A stretch of DNA of 54,212 nt from positions 1 to 54,212 of the forward strand of contig JBIOWP010000015.1 of the NCBI GenBank assembly GCA_044868695.1. The letters are read 5' to 3'. The position numbers were made by a program, and so were the translations under genes. The stretch is from a bacterium. GTDB taxonomy: Bacteria; Sysuimicrobiota; Sysuimicrobiia; Sysuimicrobiales; Kaftiobacteriaceae. This document shows, piece by piece, positions 28,807 to 36,421 of the stretch. The notes beneath the pieces were generated by a model. That model was given only the letters and a program-made list of their open reading frames with translations. It had not been told where the DNA came from and made no database searches. Each line of letters starts with the position of its first letter. The stretch's first letter is position 1.

Positions 28807-28881
28807 GGGGACGTAGCTCAGCGGGAGAGCACCTGCTTTGCACGCAGGGGGTCAGGGGTTCGAATCCCCTCGTCTCCACCA
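28807..28881 (+). tRNA. tRNA-Ala (TGC)
   Basis: GGGGACGTAGCTCAGCGGGAGAGCACCTGCTT-TGC-ACGCAGGGGGTCAGGGGTTCGAATCCCCTCGTCTCCACCA; G3-U70 identity pair. Confidence 0.98.
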
Positions 28882-29045
28882 TGCACCAGTCGCTCCGCTC
28901 CGGTGCATGGCGGCGCCAAACACCTGCCTCCTTGAGAGGAAGCCATAGAGCCCTTTCTGCTGAGCCGTAGGGTTGGAGACTGCTCGTCCCTTTCCATTGA
29001 AACGCTGAATGCTTTGGCGATTTCGAGTTTTTCCTTGTGGCAAAG

Positions 29046-29855
29046 TTATGATAGCGTTTTGTCGAGAAATGCAAGCATCGCGATATTGAATTGCTCGGGC
29101 CTCTGCAGCGGCGCGAAATGGCTCACATCGTATAGATTGACCAATTCTGCATTTGGCATGCTCCGAGCGAGGTATTCGGCGTGTTCGCGCCTGATGAATT
29201 CATCATGCTCGCTATGTACGATCGCGACTGGCACGCTGACCTGAGCCAAATCGTGCGCCGAATAATTGGGTTGCGTTTTCATCATTACGCTGACCGCTTC
29301 GGCGAATGCTTTGAATTGGTCCGGCGTGGCCGAAAGTTGAGCGTAGTCCTTCGCGTGCCGACTCAAACACCGGTCGAGCATCGGACTGGGTTCCGTAATT
29401 CGTTTTACGCCGCTCGGGTCCATGTTGCACGCAAAGAAGTACACGCCCGCAATGCGCGTGGGAGCCTTCATAGCGAGAATCAATGCGATAGTCGCGCCGT
29501 CGCTCCAGCCCACCAGACCCGCCTTTTCAAGGTGCAATGCATCCATCACCGCTGAAACGTCGGATGCCATCAGCTCATACGTAAACGGTCGCGCGTCGCG
29601 CGTGCTGCGGCCATGGCCGCGGCTGTCTATCAGAACGGCACGATAGCCACTCCCGACCAGCGCCGGAACTTGATAACCCCAATTTCCACTATGGCCGAGG
29701 CCGCCATGCAGCAGGATCACGGGCGAACCGGCGCCGTAAGTTGCGTACCAGATTCGAGCACCGCCACATTCGACGTAGCCTTGATCATTTGTGACCGGCA
29801 ACGGCGCGGCGCCGCGCGCTTCAAACCTGCTGAGGTCGTCGTCGTAAGTTTCCAC
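29046..29855 (-). CDS. Alpha/beta hydrolase
   Basis: LLHGG, DSRGHGRS, GWSDG nucleophile elbow and SHFAP; SD GGAGG before GTG 29855. Confidence 0.92.
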   Translation of the reverse strand: METYDDDLSRFEARGAAPLPVTNDQGYVECGGARIWYATYGAGSPVILLHGGLGHSGNWGYQVPALVGSGYRAVLIDSRGHGRSTRDARPFTYELMASDVSAVMDALHLEKAGLVGWSDGATIALILAMKAPTRIAGVYFFACNMDPSGVKRITEPSPMLDRCLSRHAKDYAQLSATPDQFKAFAEAVSVMMKTQPNYSAHDLAQVSVPVAIVHSEHDEFIRREHAEYLARSMPNAELVNLYDVSHFAPLQRPEQFNIAMLAFLDKTLS

Positions 29856-29904
29856 TTTGACCTCCTGAGGAGCGAGCCGCCCGATAGGGCGAGTGCGAGC
29901 GACT

Positions 29905-29935
29905 GTCGGGGGTGCGAATCCCGCCGTCTCCACCA
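29905..29935 (+). repeat. Degenerate direct repeat of the tRNA-Ala 3' end (att-like)
   Basis: GTCGGGGGTGCGAATCCCGCCGTCTCCACCA versus tRNA GTCAGGGGTTCGAATCCCCTCGTCTCCACCA (4 mismatches). Confidence 0.85.
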
Positions 29936-29966
29936 GAGTCGACTAACGTTCTAACCTCTGCTGCTC

Positions 29967-31031
29967 TTAGAGCTGCTCACCCCGCAAGGCGTATTCGACG
30001 GCCTGTTCGAGTGGCATGGCCCGGCCCTCTGCCCACGCCGCAGTGAAAGTCTGCTCATCAGTCGCGTTTCGCGTCATCGCTACGCCTTGGTCGAAGATAG
30101 GCTGATCATCAGGGTCCAGAACGCCCCCTGTCGCCTGCACTAGAGCTTCACCCGCCGCCAGCAATGTCGCAGCACGAGCACCTTTCCCACGCGTCGCAGT
30201 GATGGCGCCCAAGCCGATGAGGGGGACGGGGAGGAGGTACGTGTTTCTCAAAGCATGCGCCTGCTTGAGTCCATCGACGTAATATCTGGCCGCCTTATCA
30301 AAGTTCTCCGCCAGGAACTCCACCGAGCCGAGGTTGATGATTTCTTGCGCCACCCGCCGCTCGTCGCCCTGAGAGCGAGCGAGCTCGATGCTCTCTTGAT
30401 AGAACTCTCGCGCCCTTGGATAGTCTCCCTCCATCCGTGTCACGGCTGCGAGGAGGTGCACGGGGCCAGCCAAAGCGCTGCGATCGCCCATCCCACGAGC
30501 CATCGCCAGCGCCTCCTCGGCCCGGTCGTGCACAGATGGGTAGTCACCCTGCTTGAGGGCCACGCGCGCGAGTCCGGTCATAGCACGGATGATGCCCTGC
30601 GTGTCATTCAGGCGTCGCGAGATTGACAGGCTCTGCTCGAAGTTTGCGCGTGCGGCTTGCGGGTCTTCCTGCTGAAAAGCCAGGGTGCCTGCGCCGTGGA
30701 GGACCTCTGCGCGCAGAGCAGGCGACTCAGTTGTCTCGACCGCGGCCAGCACTGCACCGAGCCACTTGCGTCCTTCGTCGATATGGCCCCGGAACATCCA
30801 GAACCGCCAAACGAGCGAGGCCAAATCCAGCGCCCGCTGCGGATCTTCGTGGTCGAGGAACCACTGCAAAGCGCCTTGCAGTTGATCCTGCTCCCGTTCC
30901 AGGCGATCGAACCAAGCCTCGGGCTTCGGGCCCTTGAGTTCTAACCCGGCCTCTTTCAACACTTGCAGATAACGATGCGCATCAGCCTCCTCCACAGCCA
31001 CCACCCCCTTGCTGACATCGGACGATGCCAT
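29967..31031 (-). CDS. Tetratricopeptide-repeat protein (resembles the C-terminal half of STAND ATPase regulators)
   Basis: WFDRLEREQDQLQGALQW, FWMFRGHIDEGRKWL, TPRs and AWAEGRAMPLEQAVEYAL; start uncertain. Confidence 0.82.
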   Translation of the reverse strand: MASSDVSKGVVAVEEADAHRYLQVLKEAGLELKGPKPEAWFDRLEREQDQLQGALQWFLDHEDPQRALDLASLVWRFWMFRGHIDEGRKWLGAVLAAVETTESPALRAEVLHGAGTLAFQQEDPQAARANFEQSLSISRRLNDTQGIIRAMTGLARVALKQGDYPSVHDRAEEALAMARGMGDRSALAGPVHLLAAVTRMEGDYPRAREFYQESIELARSQGDERRVAQEIINLGSVEFLAENFDKAARYYVDGLKQAHALRNTYLLPVPLIGLGAITATRGKGARAATLLAAGEALVQATGGVLDPDDQPIFDQGVAMTRNATDEQTFTAAWAEGRAMPLEQAVEYALRGEQL

Positions 31032-31195
31032 TTGGTTCGGAGCGGGGGGCGTTGTACCTCGGAGCATGGCATACGCGATTAGTGCGCCTCAGCAGGGGCA
31101 ACTGAAACCTTTCGAGCGGAGGGCGCGTAACTAGTCAGTGATGGCCTTTTGGATCATCTAGCAACGTCCTTGGGACGTCAGGGAGGTAGACTGCC

Positions 31196-32986
31196 ATGGG
31201 CCTCACTCGCTCAGGCGTTGGGATTGTCTCACTGGTAGCCTTGCTTGTCGCTCCCCTCGCTCCCTTCTCTGGTCCTCAGGTCGCCCTGGCCCAGACGAGG
31301 GATCCTTCCGGCCGCGTCGGCCGACTCAGCTACATACGTGGGCAGGTGTCGTACGCCCCAGCCGGGGTGAACCAGTGGGCCCCCGCAGTGCTGAACTACC
31401 CACTCACCACGGGTGCGGCTCTGTGGGTTGACGCCCAGGCGCGTGCTGAGGTTCACATCGGATCGACCGCGATCCGCATGGACCAGTACACCGAGCTCGA
31501 CATCCTCAATCTCGACGATCAGACGGTACAGCTCCGCGTACCGCAGGGCACGATGGAGATCAGCCTGTTGCAGTTCCCCGCCGGCGAGCGATTCGAAGTG
31601 GCGACTACGGCGGCATCCGTCACCCTCGTGCAGCCCGGTCGCTATCGCTTCGAGGTCGACCAATCGAACCTGCGGCTGACTGTCTGGTCAGGCCTGGCTG
31701 AGTTCGCCACCTCGAGTTACGCCATCGCCATCTCTGCCGTGCAGACCGTATTGGTTGGCGATCCCACCGCCGGTGGGGCGGTCTACCGGGTCATTCCGAC
31801 GCCCGCCCTCGATGAGTTCGGACAGTGGTCTGTGGCGCGCCACCAGGAAGAACAGCGGGCCCTTCTTGCTGCTGCTCAGTACGCGTCTCCTATGGTGACC
31901 GGTGTTGAAGACCTCGCCGCTTACGGCACGTGGCGCAGTGTGGAAGGATACGGGTGGGGCTGGTTCCCACGAGTCCAGGCCAACTGGGCGCCCTACCGTT
32001 TCGGCCGATGGGTTTGGATCTCACCATGGGGCTGGACGTGGATCGATGACTCACCCTGGGGATTCGCACCGTTCCACTATGGACGCTGGATCTTGATCGG
32101 GGGCCAGTGGTGCTGGATTTCAGGCCCGATCTACGCGCGTCCTGTTTTTGTACCGGCCCTTGTTGTATTCTTCGTCATCGACGGCATTGTGGGGTGGTTC
32201 CCGCTCTCGCCTACCGATGTATACATACCGCCATACTACACTAGTCCTCAATACTTCCAGACAGTCAACATCACCGTCATCAACATCAATATCTACAACA
32301 TCCGCACTGTGAACATCACGCATTTCAAATACACGTACCGTGATCACTCCAAAGCCAGGACGATGATCCTCCAGGACCAGTTCGCCGGAGCCAAGGCGAT
32401 CGGTCCCGGCCTGATGTCTGCGCCGCCGAGGGGCGAGCTTACCCGGACCCGGGTGCTGGCAATGGCTCCGATCCAACCAAACATTAAGAGCGTGTTGGGG
32501 AATCCGCAGCATGCCAACGCTTCGAAGCCTCCCCGGATCGTAGACCAGCGGCCTGTCGTAGTGCGGCAGACTCCGCCAGTCGTAACCCCGCTCCCTATTC
32601 CTGGGGTTCAGGACGCGCCCCGTGTCGCGCCGGTGCGACCTGCTGCGGGCGGCCGAACAATACCGGTTCCGCCTCCGTCGGCGACGCAGGGTCCCCAGCA
32701 CCGTCCGAATCCGGCTGGGTCACACGCTCGGGGCAGCGCATTTTCCTGTGACCCGCGCAGCCCGATCTACGACCCTCGGCGGTGCCAGTCCCCGGCACCC
32801 CAACCACGAACGGTGCAGCCACGAACGCCGCAGCCGCGGCCCGTCCAACCCGCCGCGCCGCAGCAGCAGGTGGCGCCCCGGGGTCCCCAGCACCGTCCGA
32901 GTCCGGCTGGGCCACACGCTCGGGGCAGTCCATTTTCCTGCAGCCCGCGCAGCCCGATCTACGACCCTCGGCGGTGCCCGCCGTAG
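31196..32986 (+). CDS. Secreted FecR/DUF6600-type protein with Pro-rich repeated tail
   Basis: Signal peptide; RVGRLSYIRGQVS, WAPYRFGRWVW and PWGFAPFHYGRW motifs. Confidence 0.85.
   Translation: MGLTRSGVGIVSLVALLVAPLAPFSGPQVALAQTRDPSGRVGRLSYIRGQVSYAPAGVNQWAPAVLNYPLTTGAALWVDAQARAEVHIGSTAIRMDQYTELDILNLDDQTVQLRVPQGTMEISLLQFPAGERFEVATTAASVTLVQPGRYRFEVDQSNLRLTVWSGLAEFATSSYAIAISAVQTVLVGDPTAGGAVYRVIPTPALDEFGQWSVARHQEEQRALLAAAQYASPMVTGVEDLAAYGTWRSVEGYGWGWFPRVQANWAPYRFGRWVWISPWGWTWIDDSPWGFAPFHYGRWILIGGQWCWISGPIYARPVFVPALVVFFVIDGIVGWFPLSPTDVYIPPYYTSPQYFQTVNITVININIYNIRTVNITHFKYTYRDHSKARTMILQDQFAGAKAIGPGLMSAPPRGELTRTRVLAMAPIQPNIKSVLGNPQHANASKPPRIVDQRPVVVRQTPPVVTPLPIPGVQDAPRVAPVRPAAGGRTIPVPPPSATQGPQHRPNPAGSHARGSAFSCDPRSPIYDPRRCQSPAPQPRTVQPRTPQPRPVQPAAPQQQVAPRGPQHRPSPAGPHARGSPFSCSPRSPIYDPRRCPP
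32689..32978 (+). repeat. Two ~98-nt intragenic direct repeats encoding GPQHRP(N/S)PAG.HARGS.FSC.PRSPIYDPRRC
   Basis: 32689-32786 and 32881-32978 are near identical. Confidence 0.9.
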
Positions 32987-33237
32987 GCGCCAGGACGCTA
33001 AGGGGCTGGTGAGAGGGCGACCGTGCGACGCGAATTCCATCACGATGGTGCACGCGAGGGGGTCCATCGAAAGATGGATCCTGGGCATTGTCCAGGAAGC
33101 ATTGGAGCAAGAGTCAACGGACGGCTTCACCCGCTCACTGTTTCGGTCCGCCGAACACTTGCGTAGTCCGGATTGCTACCGCTCGGCACCGGCCCTGGGC
33201 GGCAAAGGACGTCACAGGACCGAGGGGGCGGAGCCCG

Positions 33238-33510
33238 GTGAAGGACCACGCTATCCTCGACATCCGGGTGATCCCCCGAGCGAAGCGAAATGAGGTCGGC
33301 GGCTGGCGGAACGGCATGCTGGTTGTGCGCGTCACAGCCCCACCGCTGGAAGGCAGGGCCAATGAGGCCGTTCTCACCCTGCTGGCTGAGGCGCTCGGGG
33401 TGAACGCATCTGCAGTTTCACTGGTCGGCGGACGCAGGGGACGCAACAAACGGGTTGCGATCAGGGGCCTCCAACTCCACGCGGTCAAGACCCGCCTCGG
33501 ACCCAGGTGA
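33238..33510 (+). CDS. DUF167 (YggU/UPF0235) family protein
   Basis: RVIPRAKRNEV, VTAPPLEGRANEA and GRRGRNK motifs. Confidence 0.88.
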   Translation: MKDHAILDIRVIPRAKRNEVGGWRNGMLVVRVTAPPLEGRANEAVLTLLAEALGVNASAVSLVGGRRGRNKRVAIRGLQLHAVKTRLGPR

Positions 33511-33528
33511 TCGTCAACCTCCAGGGCG

Positions 33529-34053
33529 TCACGTCATGCGAAACTCGATCATCAGCTCGGTGATCCTCGCCAGATGGTAGTCATCATGCTCGGCCACGAA
33601 GAATACATGATCCACCAGGTTCATCGGCACACGCAGCCGGGGATGGGGTGCCGTGTGCGTAAGGGCCGCGTCGTCGACGGCCTCGAGCCGGCGGACCAAT
33701 CCCGAGCGAGCCTCGCGGAAGCCGCTCAGAATCGTCCGCAGCGGGGTGGCATTATGGTTGGCCTCATGGGTTCGACGGTTGGTCAAATCGGCCGGCGTCA
33801 TTTCCGGCCGCCGGGCCAGCAGATCTTCAACCCGCGCACGCCACAACGGCTCCAGGTCCAGCAGGTGCCCGGCGTTTTCCTGGATGGACCACGTGCTGCC
33901 GGAACGGCGCGTGAGCATAGGCTCCGGCAGAGAGCTGAGCCGATCCCCCAGGCGGGCAGGCGTCCCGCGGAGGCGTTCGATAACGACCGGGAAGAGATCC
34001 CCCGGCAGGCTTGTCGGAAATTTCCGCTCGAACCAGGGCTGCTTTCTTATCAC
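33529..34053 (-). CDS. DinB family protein
   Basis: WSIQENAGHL, HPRL and AEHDDYH metal-binding histidines. Confidence 0.88.
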   Translation of the reverse strand: MIRKQPWFERKFPTSLPGDLFPVVIERLRGTPARLGDRLSSLPEPMLTRRSGSTWSIQENAGHLLDLEPLWRARVEDLLARRPEMTPADLTNRRTHEANHNATPLRTILSGFREARSGLVRRLEAVDDAALTHTAPHPRLRVPMNLVDHVFFVAEHDDYHLARITELMIEFRMT

Positions 34054-34492
34054 TTCGACCTCAGGGTCTGACGAACCTATGCGATCGCGCCAGCTTACCA
34101 GACCAGTTGCTGATCTCTGCGACGATTTCCTCTTCCGCGTTCTCCTGGGGCAGATGGATCGCCCAGGTAAGACGGGGAGGAACTTGGGAGCCGGACATCT
34201 AATCAAGCGTACACTTGCCGGATCTGGTCGCCGAATCCGCGGCCGTCTCGCCCAACATCCCCCCTGAGCAGGGTGTCCGATGAGGTCTGCTCTACGAGGT
34301 GTATTGAAGACACGTCCTACGCCGCGTAGTAGGCGGCCGGCTGCTCGGTTTCACCCTCGAGATCCGTAGCTCGCGCGACCCGTTCCGGCGCCCCAGGCTC
34401 GGCCCCTCCCCCTGCGGGTTCACATCCGCCGCAAATCCACCGGGTAATTCGGCGGCTCCCCGGGCATACTCGTATAGTCGGGGAGGGCATCG

Positions 34493-35617
34493 ATGGTCAT
34501 CCGTGACATCATCTGGTATTTTCAAAGAGTCCAGGCCAGACGCCGGGGGCGATACGATGGCGCGCAGGGTGTTCCAGTCCCAGAGGAAGCGTCCACCTTC
34601 CCTCCCGGTGAGTTTCGCCTGAAGCAGACGGCCGACCGGTCGCTTGAGGAGCTTGCGGTGCGCTGGTCCCACCGGGACGGGCGCCTCAAAGGCCGCTACT
34701 GCGCGCTGCTGCGCCGGCTCCGCCTGCTGAAGATCTCCCTGACCGAGCTGGAGTACGAATTCGAGAGGCTCAAGAACGCGCACGACGAAAACACGAATGC
34801 CATCAACCAGGAGCGGAAGGCCAGGCGGAGCAGGCGCGGTCCCGACCACGAGTGGCGGATGAACCCCCTGGGGTACGGGCTGTTCATGCTCGCGATCTTG
34901 ATCGGGGAATTCCCCCTCAACGCCATCGCGTTCCGGCTGTTTGGTGAGGCCGAGCTGCTCACCTACGTCATGACGCTCGTGCTGGCGGTGTCCCTGGTCG
35001 GCTGCGCGCACGTCTTGGGGATTTTCCTCTCGCTGGAGAAACCGAGCAGAGTGCAGGTGTCTCTGCTGGTTGTCTGCGTGCTGGCGCCGTTGGGGGCCAT
35101 CTCGGCGATTGCGATGGTGCGGGAAGCCTACGTCACGACGCTGGGGCGGGAAGACATCAGCCCCGCCGCCGTGACCGCGGCGTTCGTGCTGATCAACCTC
35201 CTCATCTACGCCATTGCCACGGTCCTGTCGTATCTGACCCACGACCCGGTGGCCAGGCAAATTCAGATGACGGAGATTCCGCTGCTGCGCGCCAAGCGCC
35301 GGCTGGCGCGCCTGCGCCGCTGGCGGGACCGGCTGGAGATCCGGCTGCAGTACATGGTGGCGTCCCGCCAAAAATCGCTTCAGGCGATGATGCATGAGGC
35401 GAACATCGTCAAGAACGCGTTCGAAGAGCTAGTCCAGGAGTACCGGATGTGCAACCTCGAGGCGCGGAAGGACAAGACGGTCCCGCCGGTATTCACGAGT
35501 CATCCCGAATTCACGCTGCCGGTGACCCTCGAGATGCTGGACTGGTACTGCCCGGAAGTTCCGGACCTGGTGGCGACGACGCGGGTGCTGACCTCGACCG
35601 GGAAGCAGGTCCTGTAG
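34493..35617 (+). CDS. Uncharacterised 4-TM membrane protein flanked by coiled coils
   Basis: SD GGAGGG; N-terminal coiled coil, four hydrophobic helices, SYLTHDP, C-terminal coiled coil and YRMCNLEAR. Confidence 0.8.
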   Translation: MVIRDIIWYFQRVQARRRGRYDGAQGVPVPEEASTFPPGEFRLKQTADRSLEELAVRWSHRDGRLKGRYCALLRRLRLLKISLTELEYEFERLKNAHDENTNAINQERKARRSRRGPDHEWRMNPLGYGLFMLAILIGEFPLNAIAFRLFGEAELLTYVMTLVLAVSLVGCAHVLGIFLSLEKPSRVQVSLLVVCVLAPLGAISAIAMVREAYVTTLGREDISPAAVTAAFVLINLLIYAIATVLSYLTHDPVARQIQMTEIPLLRAKRRLARLRRWRDRLEIRLQYMVASRQKSLQAMMHEANIVKNAFEELVQEYRMCNLEARKDKTVPPVFTSHPEFTLPVTLEMLDWYCPEVPDLVATTRVLTSTGKQVL

Positions 35618-35625
35618 GAGCGAGG

Positions 35626-36372
35626 GTGTCGGTGGCCATCGTGCGTGCCCTGGTGCTCTCTGTCTGTGCGCTGCTGCTGGCCGCCGCTTGCGGCGAGAAG
35701 TCGAGTGGCCGCGTCACGATGGTGCTCTTCGACCTCTCCGCGAGCACGGGCGCGGAAGCCATCCGGCAACAGTACATCAAAGATTTCACGAAGGTGCTTG
35801 CCACTGTCGCGGACGGTGGTGTCATCGCAGGCGACATCATCGATGATAATCCACTTGCGCATTCGTCGTACCCCATCAATGAGACGTTTGACCGGTATGA
35901 TCCGCTGAAGGAAAACCGGCTCGACTACGACCGGCGGATCCGAGCCAAGCGGGACCAGGTCCTCAAGGAAGCGGAAGCGGTCGTCCGAAAACGGCCCTCC
36001 GGCCGCGGAGGCACCAGTGTGCTTGATGCCATGCAGCTTGCCGAACGGGTCTTTTCGACCTTCAAAGGGGACCGGAGGCTGCTCGTGATCTTTTCGGACA
36101 TGGTCGAGCAGTCCAGGCGCTACGACTTCACCAAGGAGAATCTGACCCCCGCGCGGATCACGCAGATTATCGGCCGGGAGCAGTCCGGCGGTCGGGTGCC
36201 GGACCTACGGGACGTCCAGGTCTGCGTGGTCGGCGCAGGGGCCTCGAAGTCCGGCGGCCTGTCGGCCGAAAAGTTCCTCTCGATCAGGGAGTTCTGGTTC
36301 CAGTACTTCAAAGCCGCGGGAGCAAACCTGCCTAAGGAACGGTATGGCTCCGCCCTTCTGAAGTGCCCCTGA
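35626..36372 (+). CDS. vWA (MIDAS) domain lipoprotein
   Basis: Lipobox LAAA-C; DLSAS (DxSxS), GTS and IFSDM MIDAS residues. Confidence 0.8.
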   Translation: MSVAIVRALVLSVCALLLAAACGEKSSGRVTMVLFDLSASTGAEAIRQQYIKDFTKVLATVADGGVIAGDIIDDNPLAHSSYPINETFDRYDPLKENRLDYDRRIRAKRDQVLKEAEAVVRKRPSGRGGTSVLDAMQLAERVFSTFKGDRRLLVIFSDMVEQSRRYDFTKENLTPARITQIIGREQSGGRVPDLRDVQVCVVGAGASKSGGLSAEKFLSIREFWFQYFKAAGANLPKERYGSALLKCP

Positions 36373-36421
36373 TAACGGGCATAGAGAGTAGTGGGACACT
36401 TCTGCCGTCTGGAGCAGAGCC

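Larger units (their letters stand above)
28851..29935. mobile_element. Putative tRNA-Ala-anchored genomic islet remnant (no integrase)
   Basis: Bounded by the tRNA 3' end and a 27/31-nt copy of it; interior visibly lower in GC. Confidence 0.6.

Noticed and set aside
29905..29935. Second tRNA gene
   Set aside because: Only the T-arm and acceptor 3' half are present, with a mutated TTC loop; there is no D-arm or anticodon arm
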